64,000 nucleotides of DNA from a virus (Duplodnaviria > Caudoviricetes): IMG/VR virus record IMGVR_UViG_3300010355_001062, positions 1 through 64,000 of that record; one strand, 5' to 3'. The notes under the pieces were generated by a model, which searched no databases, was not told the origin of the DNA, and saw nothing but the letters and a program-made list of their open reading frames with translations. This document shows positions 36,973 to 47,280 of this stretch, in pieces. Position 1 is the first letter of the stretch; every line of letters begins with the position of its first letter. The translations under genes were made by a program, and so were the position numbers.

Positions 36973-37794
36973 TTAAAATTTATCAGCCATTATGGTTATT
37001 GCTTGAGAAGCAGGCCCACCATATTGACCATTCGAGTTATTCTCACCGCCGTGCCATAACCAGATAGCTTTACAAGGTTGCCATTTGAATTCAACTGGAG
37101 GGCATTCTTGTACAAACAACTGATTACCTTTCCTATCGGTAGCCCAAATAATCGGATGTATTTTATCCTTTTCTTTGCGTAGCCATTGTACATACAATCG
37201 GTAAACCACACGCACATCAAATACAATAGGGCTGGAACGAATAAAAAATGCTTTATCGATATTCTGGTACACACAAAGCTCTAGCTTGAATGAGTCCTTG
37301 GCACATCGTCCTGCTACCATCAAACCATTTTTATCGTTTGGCTCGAGTAACGGGCTTAGTCCGAATAGCTTATAGCTCCAGTCGTGAATATCCTGATCTT
37401 GAGTACCATCGGGCAGCATCCAGTCATACCAGCAGCTAGGCGTGAATTCGAAAGCGGCTCTTGGTGCTGATTTACCACCAAATAACCAATAAATAGAAGG
37501 AGCTACAGTTTTAGGTTTGAAATCATTGGCGCCTGGTTCACATACGTAAGTGGGTAGTTGCTTAGCAGTCTGCGCTCTGACCTGAGTATTACGTAAGTAA
37601 TGTGGTACTATTGTGTCCTGAGTGAAAAAAGGCAGTACAGCAGGAGCTGTGTGGTACTCGGTCGTAGTAATATAATTACGAGATACACTACCACTGTAAT
37701 CAGCAGTAGGGTGCATAGGATGACGTCGAACTGTTCCACTAGCCTGGCTAAATAACTGCAGGCTCGAAAGCATAAATAGAATGAGTAAGCGCAT
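36973..37794 (-). CDS. Signal-peptide-bearing hypothetical protein
   Basis: MRLLILFMLSSLQLFS|Q. Confidence 0.75.
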   Translation of the reverse strand: MRLLILFMLSSLQLFSQASGTVRRHPMHPTADYSGSVSRNYITTTEYHTAPAVLPFFTQDTIVPHYLRNTQVRAQTAKQLPTYVCEPGANDFKPKTVAPSIYWLFGGKSAPRAAFEFTPSCWYDWMLPDGTQDQDIHDWSYKLFGLSPLLEPNDKNGLMVAGRCAKDSFKLELCVYQNIDKAFFIRSSPIVFDVRVVYRLYVQWLRKEKDKIHPIIWATDRKGNQLFVQECPPVEFKWQPCKAIWLWHGGENNSNGQYGGPASQAITIMADKF

Positions 37795-37812
37795 AGTTTA
37801 TGATTTAGCGGG

Positions 37813-40023
37813 TTAATTATCTTTCAAAAAGTAGTCCACAGTAATGCTGGCTGAGGTTAAGCAATTACAAGCTAGACTAAGCACCTGAATAGTAGCGCTG
37901 GTAGTTGACTTGGAAGTAACTGCCACCACCACATATAACGAGCTTCTTGATATAGGTTGAAATGTATAGGAAACATCGGGCATAGTAGTAGCGAATGTCA
38001 CAGTGGCGTTACCTCCACCATCTACAGACACGCCAACTTCCCGACTTTCTTCTACCCTAACTGTTTCAAAAGCTGATGTAGCGGCGCTACCAGTACCAGT
38101 CCAAACTGGAATTGACTTTACACCTGTTGTGTATGATGGATTAGTGGCAGGTAATGGGTAGCCATCATTAATAATTACACTTCCGGTAGAACGTAGGTTT
38201 ATCTTACTATAATTACTAGACCCTATACTTATTTCACCGATTTCATCAGCTAGAGAGTTTCTACCAATGGCAATGGTGTGATCTGTTGTTGCATCAGCAT
38301 TGTGGCCCAACCCAATTGCGTATTGCCCGCTCGTATTAGAACTATAACCTAACGCCATCATAAAATTAGTCCCAGAAGAATTGGCTGTAGCGATTCCACC
38401 TATTGCTATATTACCTGTACCTCCATTTGTACCGTTTAATGTACCGTTCAGAATTGTGTGGTAGTTATCAAAACTAGGGGCAGTAATACCAGAAGCCCCG
38501 TTTCCAGGGTTATACATTAATAATGAGGTATTGGAACTTTTGAATATAGTTTTATTTAGGTAAGCGCTGTCATTAGTGATTCTAAAAACATTACCAGACC
38601 CATTTTGTATTCTAAAGCTTCCTCTAAAATAGCTAGAATCCCCTTGAGCATGGTGTACAAAACTAATACGTCCACCGTTAGGGTTTTCTGGTTTTTGCAT
38701 TTGGAATTTACCATCAGTAAAAATGGTAAGATTATTGGCAGCTCCTCCGTTACGTCTATGAGTGAATGATGGTTGTGTAGCACTTACACCCATACGACTA
38801 AAGAAAACAAACTCCCCACCTCTTGTATAATTATGACCTCCCCGGAATTCATGGGATACCCCAATATCACTACTACCATGAACCAAATCTTCAATCCAGC
38901 CAAACGTGGGTACAGAGTCGTAGCGTAGTACCTGTGGCCAAATATACCCTATACGTGGTGTATATACCCCATGAGCAAAAGCAAATCCATTAGAATTTGT
39001 ATAGGAACCCCATAAATTACGAAAATCATACTCCCACCAAACTTTAGCTCCTTTAGTAGTATTAAACATACCTATAGAAGGAGCAAAGCCCCCATCATTA
39101 TGTAAGTCTATCCCACGAGTATTAGTGAAAGTAAGTCCTTCATTATTGGCGTCGTAATTAAGCTGCCCTGCTTGCATAGCTGCCCCTAAAGCAGATACAA
39201 CATCTCCGGTACTTTTAATACCATCTGGTATGTCACTAACTATGTCAACTTTCCAACGATGCTGATCATATACATTATCATATACAGCTTTAATTATAGC
39301 TTTTTGTCCTTTAGTAAGTGTATAGGTTGAGGCTATGTTACTATAAGTCCCATTACTTAACATTGAAAGCTGTACTGCGTTTGAATCAGCTTTCACATTA
39401 TAAGTAACTCCTTCGTATTCTTCAACCGGAAAAGGTATTGATAAAAAAGCTACATTAGCTAAAGCGGAGCGGCTAATAGCTGCTATATCAATATTATTGA
39501 ACTTAGCTGCTGGGTTAACTATAGCTGCATCTACAATATAAGTACCGCCTGTTGCTTTTACAGTAGTATCCTTTTTAGAGACTTCAGCACTACCCAGCAT
39601 ACTTGTTAGTCGGTAATTGTAGACTTGCTGATCTGCTTGAACAAGCCCTGCAATGTATTGAGAATAACCATTAGCGCCTAAGCGATATATAGCACCAGTA
39701 CCCGTAGGTACAGCTCCTACACCAGTGATTCCTACATTAGATACTTTAACAACAAATGATGGGGGAAATGCAGATACTATTTCAGTAATCGGCAAATGAT
39801 AGCCGTAGCCACTATCGACAAAGAACAAATAATCTCCCACTGCAATAGAACCAGAGTCATAAAGCCCTGATTCATCGGTGAAAGTTCCAGATACTTGCCA
39901 GTACCCGGAACCACCACCTGATTGTGCACCAGAATACTTACCCACTAGTGTGGTAGTATCCTGCATCTGAGCGTAAGCTATTCCACTAATAAGCAGAAGA
40001 GCTACTAACAGTAAATTTCTCAT
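37813..40023 (-). CDS. Signal-peptide-bearing fibre/adhesin-like protein with YadA-head-like repeats
   Basis: MRNLLLVALLLISGIAYA|Q; AIGLGHNADA..HTIAIGRNSLA repeats. Confidence 0.75.
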   Translation of the reverse strand: MRNLLLVALLLISGIAYAQMQDTTTLVGKYSGAQSGGGSGYWQVSGTFTDESGLYDSGSIAVGDYLFFVDSGYGYHLPITEIVSAFPPSFVVKVSNVGITGVGAVPTGTGAIYRLGANGYSQYIAGLVQADQQVYNYRLTSMLGSAEVSKKDTTVKATGGTYIVDAAIVNPAAKFNNIDIAAISRSALANVAFLSIPFPVEEYEGVTYNVKADSNAVQLSMLSNGTYSNIASTYTLTKGQKAIIKAVYDNVYDQHRWKVDIVSDIPDGIKSTGDVVSALGAAMQAGQLNYDANNEGLTFTNTRGIDLHNDGGFAPSIGMFNTTKGAKVWWEYDFRNLWGSYTNSNGFAFAHGVYTPRIGYIWPQVLRYDSVPTFGWIEDLVHGSSDIGVSHEFRGGHNYTRGGEFVFFSRMGVSATQPSFTHRRNGGAANNLTIFTDGKFQMQKPENPNGGRISFVHHAQGDSSYFRGSFRIQNGSGNVFRITNDSAYLNKTIFKSSNTSLLMYNPGNGASGITAPSFDNYHTILNGTLNGTNGGTGNIAIGGIATANSSGTNFMMALGYSSNTSGQYAIGLGHNADATTDHTIAIGRNSLADEIGEISIGSSNYSKINLRSTGSVIINDGYPLPATNPSYTTGVKSIPVWTGTGSAATSAFETVRVEESREVGVSVDGGGNATVTFATTMPDVSYTFQPISRSSLYVVVAVTSKSTTSATIQVLSLACNCLTSASITVDYFLKDN

Positions 40024-40025
40024 AG

Positions 40026-41468
40026 TTAAAGGTTAGTGATTTTTAAATTGAAGCCTTGCGCGCCTACTGATAAGCCACCAACACGAATAGTTATAGCGTT
40101 ACTACCAACGTCAGTCACCGACACAGCAGGGTTGTTGTCTGTGTCCAGTGTAGCTGCATTAGTCAACGACAAAGCCCCAGAGTTAGGAATAGCCAATTTT
40201 TGCACAGTAGGCATCCTGAGATCAGTTAAGCCGGTGTTGAATGGAGTACCCTCAAATCGAATACGAGTCCAGTTAGTCACACCACCAGCATCAGCCGATG
40301 ATTGTATATCAGCAGCTACTAAGCGCCAGTCAGCAGCATGTACTGTAGTGCCAGCTGGTATAGTTACCGTAAGCTGATTGGAAGCATAAGACGCAGTGAC
40401 ACCCAGCTTACTAGCTGTGATGAATAGATTAGAACCAGAATTAGCTCCTGAAACAGTTACTTGGTATGTGAACGGCCCAGCGATAGCTTGCACCACTGAA
40501 TCAACAGGCAGGAATTTAGCTACGTGAGTTGAGCCATTCCATTCCCAATATGCTATTTCATCGACATTCAGTGTTAGCTCCTCTGCCGGCAGCTCATAGA
40601 TATATACACCCGCTCCAGCATTACCACCTATAGTAATATTACCGGCAGAGCCTACTTGTACTTCCGAGCCTAATCCAGCAGTATTATAAGCTTCTAAATG
40701 AGCATACATACCGCCTGGGCCGTAGGTCATAAGTACCTGAGCTATACCGCCACCACCGGGTAGCGTTGGTAATGCCGTAAGTGTGTGCTCGACTTGAGCC
40801 TGATCGGGCAGATCATTAACGACTTTATTGTGGTATATGAATTCACCACCATTTGTCACAGAAGTCCATTGATTACCCCATCCATTATTATGCCTCCAAT
40901 AGCCTGTGGATGTACCATCATTGACTTGGCCAGGGTAAATATTATAGCGCATCACACTGGAATCCACGGCTATACTATCCGATAGGAATTGAATACCATC
41001 CGCCGGGAAATAGGTAGTTCCGCCACCTCCGATATTATCAATCAAGTCCCAAGCATACGCCAGATAGGTTTGCTGATCTGGATTAGTAAGACCACTAGCG
41101 AATGGGTTGATCAAATGATTTGGCCGTCCCTTAAAAATAGCTCCAGAGCCTGTAGGTACTGCTCCCACTCCTGTGATCCCTACATTAGAAACACGGACTG
41201 TGAATGACGGAGGTGTTGCAGATACAATTACAGTAATAGGCAAGAAATAGCCATAGCCGGCGTCGCCAAAGAATAGGATGTCGCCTACTTCGATCTGGCC
41301 GGAATCGTATAACCCGGACTCATCCGTGAATGTGCCAGTTACTGTCCAGTAGCCAGCACCACCGCCTGATTGGGAGCCGAAGAATTTCCCCACTAGAGCT
41401 GCAGTATCCTGCACCTGTGCAGTTAATGAGACACTAAGGAATAAGAATAACCACAATAGATTTTTCAT
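40026..41468 (-). CDS. Signal-peptide-bearing beta-rich fibre-like protein (mosaic of its two neighbours)
   Basis: MKNLLWLFLFLSVSLTA|Q; N-domain shared with 37813-40023, C-domain shared with 41478-43214. Confidence 0.75.
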   Translation of the reverse strand: MKNLLWLFLFLSVSLTAQVQDTAALVGKFFGSQSGGGAGYWTVTGTFTDESGLYDSGQIEVGDILFFGDAGYGYFLPITVIVSATPPSFTVRVSNVGITGVGAVPTGSGAIFKGRPNHLINPFASGLTNPDQQTYLAYAWDLIDNIGGGGTTYFPADGIQFLSDSIAVDSSVMRYNIYPGQVNDGTSTGYWRHNNGWGNQWTSVTNGGEFIYHNKVVNDLPDQAQVEHTLTALPTLPGGGGIAQVLMTYGPGGMYAHLEAYNTAGLGSEVQVGSAGNITIGGNAGAGVYIYELPAEELTLNVDEIAYWEWNGSTHVAKFLPVDSVVQAIAGPFTYQVTVSGANSGSNLFITASKLGVTASYASNQLTVTIPAGTTVHAADWRLVAADIQSSADAGGVTNWTRIRFEGTPFNTGLTDLRMPTVQKLAIPNSGALSLTNAATLDTDNNPAVSVTDVGSNAITIRVGGLSVGAQGFNLKITNL

Positions 41469-41477
41469 AGTTGCTTA

Positions 41478-43214
41478 TTAAATGCCAGAGAATTTAAGGT
41501 GGTAACCCTGAGTACCAGCGGCTATACCGCCTATGCGCAATGTGATATTACCGGAACCATTAGCAACTGCCGATACGGCCGGGTTATTATCGTAATCAGC
41601 TGTAGCAGCATTGGTAAGCGATAATGCTCCGGTAGCTGGTATAGCTACTTTCTGCACCTGTGGTATACGTATATCAGTAATGTCTGTGTTACCGCTAGTG
41701 CCTATGAACCGCACTAACACCCAGTTAGTGGTTCCAGCCGCATCGGATGTAGCTTGCACGTCAGCAGCTACCAAACGCCAGTCAGCCGATACTACACGTA
41801 CACCTGCGGGTATGGTTATAGTCAGCTGGTTGGAGCTATAAGAAGCTGTGACAGTAGTATTAGTGGCTACGATGCGTAGGAATGATCCAGTATTCGAACC
41901 AGTAATAGCTACGTTATACTCGCTTAGACCTGAGTTATCATCTACCCATTGTGGAACATTACTTACCCATTGTAGCTTGCGTGTGCCTACTCCCGGATTT
42001 GTATATGGTAAATACCACGCTGGATTACCAGTGCCACCGTTCAGATATAAGCCATTACCCTTTATGACCACTGCATCAGCTAGTGTAGCTACCGGACTCG
42101 CTTTACCCACAGCGAACCCTATCTCAGAGGTAGTATTAGTGGGAATGTCCGAGCCTACGTAGCGTATATACATAGCGGCGGGTAGCTCTACAGTAGCTCC
42201 AGATACTAGAGCGTCACCACGAACACTACCGACAATACTTCCAGCAGGGCTATTCGTAGGGCTGGCGTAAGTCCCTCCTATATGGCTAAAGCTTAGCTTG
42301 GGATCACCATCAGCGGCTCCTATAACAACTCCACCACTACCACTTGAGAATGTACGGCCTACTCCGAATGAGCCAGGGTCGTAAGTTTGTAGGTTGGGAG
42401 TATTTACAGTAGCCGACACGCCGATCATAGGATGATAATTAAGCGGATTCGCTACGCGTAGCACTACACCAGCAGCTGACGAGTCCAGCTTAAAATAATT
42501 ACCTGATACGGGATCGTTACTAGCATTGTAGTATACGATAGTTCGCGCTGTACCGCTAATAGTACCGCCGCCTCCACCGACTATGCTGGAATTTATGTTG
42601 TCTAGTACTGTTTGTAGGTTAGTAATATCTACGCCGCCTACTGTCGGGTCGTCAACTTTGCCTTGAGTAAAAGGCGACCATACCGCAGCTGAGCCATTCC
42701 AATTGGGAAACGAATTAACAGCTGCACCGGCTCCATCGAACGATATAGTAACAGTACTACCACTAGCTACAGTCTTTAACAAGCTACCTGTATTTACGGT
42801 TAAGCTACTGGTCACACTACCTGTACCCGTATCACCATTAATAGTGAATGGGCCACCGCCTCCACCGCCTATGACTGGGCAATTACAGGTATTAATCACA
42901 TTCAATACAGCACTTAAGCTACCGTGCACAGTTTTGGTAGCATCAAATGTGATATTATCACCTGTATAGGATGTGAGTGTTACGAATGGGCCTTTTACAG
43001 TAGTGCGGAATGGCTTGTAAATGAATTTCTTGCTATTCGGGCCCATGGTATACATGATACCATTACCGAATTCGGTTGATGCTAGGCCTGTCATGCAAGG
43101 TGCACATGCTTCTTTCGGTAGAGCAACGCAGCTATAACAATCCAAGCGAGCTGTCTGAGCTTCGCCTGTAATTAGTGTAAGCATGAAAAGCGCAAAGGCT
43201 ATTAAATATTTCAT
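41478..43214 (-). CDS. Signal-peptide-bearing G/T/S-rich fibre-like protein
   Basis: MKYLIAFALFMLTLITGEA|Q; Cys-rich N-domain. Confidence 0.75.
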   Translation of the reverse strand: MKYLIAFALFMLTLITGEAQTARLDCYSCVALPKEACAPCMTGLASTEFGNGIMYTMGPNSKKFIYKPFRTTVKGPFVTLTSYTGDNITFDATKTVHGSLSAVLNVINTCNCPVIGGGGGGPFTINGDTGTGSVTSSLTVNTGSLLKTVASGSTVTISFDGAGAAVNSFPNWNGSAAVWSPFTQGKVDDPTVGGVDITNLQTVLDNINSSIVGGGGGTISGTARTIVYYNASNDPVSGNYFKLDSSAAGVVLRVANPLNYHPMIGVSATVNTPNLQTYDPGSFGVGRTFSSGSGGVVIGAADGDPKLSFSHIGGTYASPTNSPAGSIVGSVRGDALVSGATVELPAAMYIRYVGSDIPTNTTSEIGFAVGKASPVATLADAVVIKGNGLYLNGGTGNPAWYLPYTNPGVGTRKLQWVSNVPQWVDDNSGLSEYNVAITGSNTGSFLRIVATNTTVTASYSSNQLTITIPAGVRVVSADWRLVAADVQATSDAAGTTNWVLVRFIGTSGNTDITDIRIPQVQKVAIPATGALSLTNAATADYDNNPAVSAVANGSGNITLRIGGIAAGTQGYHLKFSGI

Positions 43215-43238
43215 TGAGTTTGTGTTTTTAGCTAAATG

Positions 43239-43265
43239 AAGGGGCGCCAGTCGCGACGCCCCCTA
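43239..43265 (-). terminator. GC-rich hairpin after 43286-44089, possible weak terminator
   Basis: AGGGGGCGTC-GCGACT-GGCGCCCCTT with a poor U-tract. Confidence 0.4.
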
Positions 43266-43285
43266 GTATAAAACCCGACTGTTCG

Positions 43286-44089
43286 TTAAGCGCAAACGAA
43301 CTCCTCGCTTAGATCGCAATATACCATGAATACATCGTCGATAGCGGGCGGAGTCACTGTTTGCGTGTATACTTTGATGCTGTAACCTCCGGCAGCATTG
43401 GCAATGCTGACTTCTACCCTTTCATAGGTATAACCTGTCAAAGAGTCAAGCGCCGTAGCCATATCAGCTTGTAACTGAGTAGCCGTAGCCGCATCTGTCA
43501 GAGCTACACCGGTGTAATCGTATGGGTTATTAGCCAGAGCAGCAGTGTCACCATTATAAGTGACATCACCTACTACACCAGTCACCGTAGCCTTATACAC
43601 CTGCAAAGCTACCAGTGTACAGCAGCGTGTGGTACTAACAGTAGCTCCAGTGCTATAGGTGATAGACTTCAGCTTGGTCTTGCCGATGTGAGTGATAGCT
43701 AAAGTACCGCCACTGTAAGTGACGTCTACCTTGATGTCATACTCATAAAGCTCGAGAGCTTTCCAGAGGAACTTCTGCAATAAAGTAGGATTGGTAACAG
43801 GGATCAAGCCGAATGTGTCAGCGATAACTTTACCATTAGCCTGCTTGATCGGAGCAGTCGTAAGCACGGTGGTCAATGTGCCATCAGCTTGTTCGATAAC
43901 GATACTAGCCACTAGCAAAGCGTTGCTTGTAGTGGCTGAGTATGTGTCCTCACAAGTGGGGATCGAGCTAGCTCCGCAACACCAATCGGCTGAGAGCTTA
44001 GCAAGATTACCAGGATTGGCGAGTGCGTTCCCACGCAGTCTACCAAATTGTTTTTTGTCCAGTAACATTGTTAAGTAAGTTGTGGCCAC
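43286..44089 (-). CDS. Putative virion structural protein
   Basis: 267 aa, T/A-rich, in the structural operon. Confidence 0.5.
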   Translation of the reverse strand: MATTYLTMLLDKKQFGRLRGNALANPGNLAKLSADWCCGASSIPTCEDTYSATTSNALLVASIVIEQADGTLTTVLTTAPIKQANGKVIADTFGLIPVTNPTLLQKFLWKALELYEYDIKVDVTYSGGTLAITHIGKTKLKSITYSTGATVSTTRCCTLVALQVYKATVTGVVGDVTYNGDTAALANNPYDYTGVALTDAATATQLQADMATALDSLTGYTYERVEVSIANAAGGYSIKVYTQTVTPPAIDDVFMVYCDLSEEFVCA

Positions 44090-44421
44090 TTGCTAAGATC
44101 GCAAGTGACGATTTCACGAATATAATTGGCATCGTCAGAACGTATCGCTTCGATAAGCTCCAACATAGTTACAGGCTCTCCCACATTTTCTTCGAGCCTA
44201 AGGAAAGATTTCAATTTCCCCTTAGTGTCCAATGGGCACCCACATATGGTGCAACCAGGCAGGACTAGAAGTGGGATAGGCTCCACTTTTCCGAAGGACG
44301 GGCACCCATGACATATGGTTTTCCTTTCTTCGAATTGTTCGTTAGTCACGAACTCGGAACCTTTGAATAAATGCTCTACTAATTTATCGGTTATCCAGCT
44401 CATGCGAATTCGTATATCCAA
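44071..44421 (-). CDS. Small Zn-binding protein
   Basis: RKTICHGCP...CTICGCPL..K...CDLSKW. Confidence 0.65.
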   Translation of the reverse strand: MDIRIRMSWITDKLVEHLFKGSEFVTNEQFEERKTICHGCPSFGKVEPIPLLVLPGCTICGCPLDTKGKLKSFLRLEENVGEPVTMLELIEAIRSDDANYIREIVTCDLSKWPQLT

Positions 44422-45086
44422 CCACTTGCTTTAGTGCAACCACACTTAGTTTTTGCACAACCACAAGTATTGCAGGTGAATGCCATAAATCCAGCATAAC
44501 AGGTGTTAGCTTTATTATCCTCCATAAATTCTACTAAAGCCTGCCATGAGAGCTGCACCATAGCAGCTGCTCCAGCCTGTAGTGAATTGTAGTCATGCTC
44601 ATTAGCTGCGTCAAAATTAGAGGATTTATTCTTTATAAGTCCAGTGCCGCCTATCTTCGTATTAATGAAGGGTAAACGCCTGCGGACAGTAACCCAAGCT
44701 AAATAAGTAGCTAACACGGTACAGAATAATACATTATAGCATTCCGTAGTAAATCTTTGCGCTAGCTCCCATTTTGTATGGTCGACAGGTAGGCTACCTA
44801 CAGTTACTGCAATAGCTACGTATATAGTACCATCATAGACGACTTTATCGCCTATGTCATAAGCCATAGTATTAGAGTAGGCTCCAGCTGTAGGGTATTC
44901 AGCCAGATCATCCACCATAGCCTTATACAAGTCTCTACCTAAGCAATTGCGAGCTTCAGCAGTTTCGAATGTATAAAGCTGAGCAAAATCACATACCGGA
45001 TGAGTCACTTCCAGATTTGCGTGCTTTATTACCAGGCTTGGAGTCATTAGTGTTTTTACCATCAGTAACTTCGAATAGTGGATCAA
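44400..45086 (-). CDS. Putative head-tail connector/adaptor (start probably MVKTL, ~45062)
   Basis: Follows the portal; contains a YSNTMAYDIGDKVVYDGTIY..W carbohydrate-binding-like insert. Confidence 0.5.
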   Translation of the reverse strand: MIHYSKLLMVKTLMTPSLVIKHANLEVTHPVCDFAQLYTFETAEARNCLGRDLYKAMVDDLAEYPTAGAYSNTMAYDIGDKVVYDGTIYVAIAVTVGSLPVDHTKWELAQRFTTECYNVLFCTVLATYLAWVTVRRRLPFINTKIGGTGLIKNKSSNFDAANEHDYNSLQAGAAAMVQLSWQALVEFMEDNKANTCYAGFMAFTCNTCGCAKTKCGCTKASGWIYEFA

Positions 45087-46329
45087 GTACAGAAACTAGC
45101 CGAATGTCGTAAACATTCTTCCAGCCATATACTTTAAATATTTGGCGAACAATATCAGATGCTATATTACCCCACATTATCTGCGAAGGTTTTATGACAC
45201 CTATATTTTTTATTTTCAGAATTGACAAGTAGACATCACCACCGTTATTGGCTCCTACGGTCTCAAGACCCGATAATTGCCTATCCCAGTGATGTGCAGC
45301 ATAAATGTAATCAGCAGCTCGTGATGTAGTAAACCGCAAATACTCGGAATCACGAGCTAGATTCAATTTCATTAATTGTGGAGGCTTACCACCGTGCGGG
45401 TATTGTACTCCAGATAATACTTTAGCATTAGCGCCTTCAACAGTAGTGACTTTACGCATTTCGCGCATTTTCTCTTTGAATGCAGTTGTTCTAACTTTAG
45501 GGTCGTCTACCTGGCGCTCTGGTGGTGGCTCTTCGAAAGCCATTATCATTTGCGATATGAAATCGCTACCGGCTATGCGTACGGTTTGATCACCCGCAGC
45601 TACTTCAATAAACATCCAGAATAAAGCCGATAGTGTGCGAGGTCTACCGTAATAACGTGAACCACGTGGCGAGCGTATATGCAGAATAGTTTGATAGCCA
45701 TCCCTAATAGGCTGCCAGTTATACTCACGCTCTGGCGTAGACACCCATATCAAACGAGGCGGCTTCTTTTTCCAGTAAGCCTCATCCCATTGCTCTGTGA
45801 CTACACAAACTTTAGGGTCTTTCTTATTCTTGGGTTCTAGGAAAGCTACCTCGCGATAAGGTAGTACACTTATAAATACCTGGCGTACGCTATTTAGTTT
45901 TGTTACTTTGATCAATAGATAAGCATTACCGCTATCGCGTAAAGAATCATCAAGCTGTTCTATTACTGATTGGTAATGTAAGGGTGAAAGGCCTAGTAAT
46001 TGTAGTTGTTCTACGAAAATGGCCTTTTCAGCATCCGTTATGGGCTTATCCTCGTCGGAATAACGTACGCCAGGTATACGCGGTGTAACATAATCAAAAC
46101 CACCACCAAATACGTAAGAGTTGATGTCTTCTTTGCAAGCCTGATGGCTAGGGCTTAATTCAGATAAGTCGGCTATAACACGCAGCATACTATGGGAAGT
46201 AGCTTCACTCGTACCATAGTACGGTATGATGCTATAATCCTTGAATAGCTGTACCATTTCGGCGGGATCATTGATCGACGCCGGTATCGGATTGTGTAGC
46301 TCTAATATCTGCTCGTTTGGCTGCATCAC
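44989..46329 (-). CDS. Portal protein
   Basis: 446 aa; DSLRDSGNAYL, YYGRP, YIYAAHHW; size and context. Confidence 0.75.
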   Translation of the reverse strand: MMQPNEQILELHNPIPASINDPAEMVQLFKDYSIIPYYGTSEATSHSMLRVIADLSELSPSHQACKEDINSYVFGGGFDYVTPRIPGVRYSDEDKPITDAEKAIFVEQLQLLGLSPLHYQSVIEQLDDSLRDSGNAYLLIKVTKLNSVRQVFISVLPYREVAFLEPKNKKDPKVCVVTEQWDEAYWKKKPPRLIWVSTPEREYNWQPIRDGYQTILHIRSPRGSRYYGRPRTLSALFWMFIEVAAGDQTVRIAGSDFISQMIMAFEEPPPERQVDDPKVRTTAFKEKMREMRKVTTVEGANAKVLSGVQYPHGGKPPQLMKLNLARDSEYLRFTTSRAADYIYAAHHWDRQLSGLETVGANNGGDVYLSILKIKNIGVIKPSQIMWGNIASDIVRQIFKVYGWKNVYDIRLVSVLDPLFEVTDGKNTNDSKPGNKARKSGSDSSGM

Positions 46330-46537
46330 TTTTACTTACTAGATGGGTTAAACCTTGCTCGAAGAGCATTTTGTATTCATCAGGTGTAGCTTCTGCTACA
46401 GTGTACTCGGCGGGTAGTTTAGGCGGCTGATTCTTCATCTGAATTGCTCCACCTATACCAACCCACTTCTGCGATTGCTCGATAAAGTACCGCCTTGGCG
46501 TTGATATAGCCAAGGCGGTTGGGCGATAGGTACTCAT
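46268..46537 (-). CDS. Hypothetical protein
   Basis: 89-aa ORF between the tail tube and portal genes. Confidence 0.6.
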   Translation of the reverse strand: MSTYRPTALAISTPRRYFIEQSQKWVGIGGAIQMKNQPPKLPAEYTVAEATPDEYKMLFEQGLTHLVSKSDAAKRADIRATQSDTGVDQ

Positions 46538-47247
46538 TAGAGCGGTAGCGTGGCCAGGTTAATGTTAGCGAACATTGGTTCAGCGTCAGATTCACCCACC
46601 AAGATAACATCGTTACCTGGTTTCGTAGACCCCTTCAAGCCTGAACGGCTGATGTGAGTGCCGAAACGCAGAGTCTTTGTTTGCTTGATAAATTTAACGC
46701 CAGTCCATTCAACTCCTACCAAGCGTTGCTGGCAGTTATTGTCAATGATCAGTAAAACCAGGTTGCAACATTTAACACTCTTAGTGAACGCTAGACGCAT
46801 GTCATTCGATGTACCTTCGAAGTTCAGTGCAATTTCCTGTACGTAGACATCCGTTTCTTCAGTCCACGTAAACGTGTACTGCGCGGTCTTGCGTTCAGGT
46901 GTGATAGGTTTCCACACTGCGCTTAGTAGCATAGTTGGAGTACCTATCAATTGCTGGGTTGTTGGGTTGAATTTAGTGGGATCAGCGGCTATGGTTACCC
47001 AATCTACATCGCCGAACTGGCACCAATAAGCTTCCTGTATGCCACCTGAGAGATTGCAGTCATCATTCGAGACTAGGGCTTGCAATTCACAAGTAAAAAC
47101 ACATAGGAACAAGGCATCCAGAGGACGTGTACCCGCTGATAATCCAGTTAGTGCCATAGCCAACATAGCCGTCGGATAGTCAGCCGTCAAAAAGCCACAA
47201 AATGTGACTAGTGCTAGGACTATTTTAATTAGTTGCATTTGCTTCAA
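46537..47247 (-). CDS. Major tail (tube) protein with a hydrophobic N-terminal extension
   Basis: C..SGGI...YVQEIALNF...LLIIDNN...LVG tube-like pattern, directly after the capsid gene. Confidence 0.6.
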   Translation of the reverse strand: MKQMQLIKIVLALVTFCGFLTADYPTAMLAMALTGLSAGTRPLDALFLCVFTCELQALVSNDDCNLSGGIQEAYWCQFGDVDWVTIAADPTKFNPTTQQLIGTPTMLLSAVWKPITPERKTAQYTFTWTEETDVYVQEIALNFEGTSNDMRLAFTKSVKCCNLVLLIIDNNCQQRLVGVEWTGVKFIKQTKTLRFGTHISRSGLKGSTKPGNDVILVGESDAEPMFANINLATLPL

Positions 47248-47280
47248 TTAAAGGATGAATAATGCAGTCGGGTTTTACGT

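Noticed and set aside
39680-41915. Diversity-generating retroelement TR/VR pair behind the repeated fibre segments
   Set aside because: No reverse transcriptase in the window. Differences are widespread and not adenine-specific, and both copies lie in intact genes.
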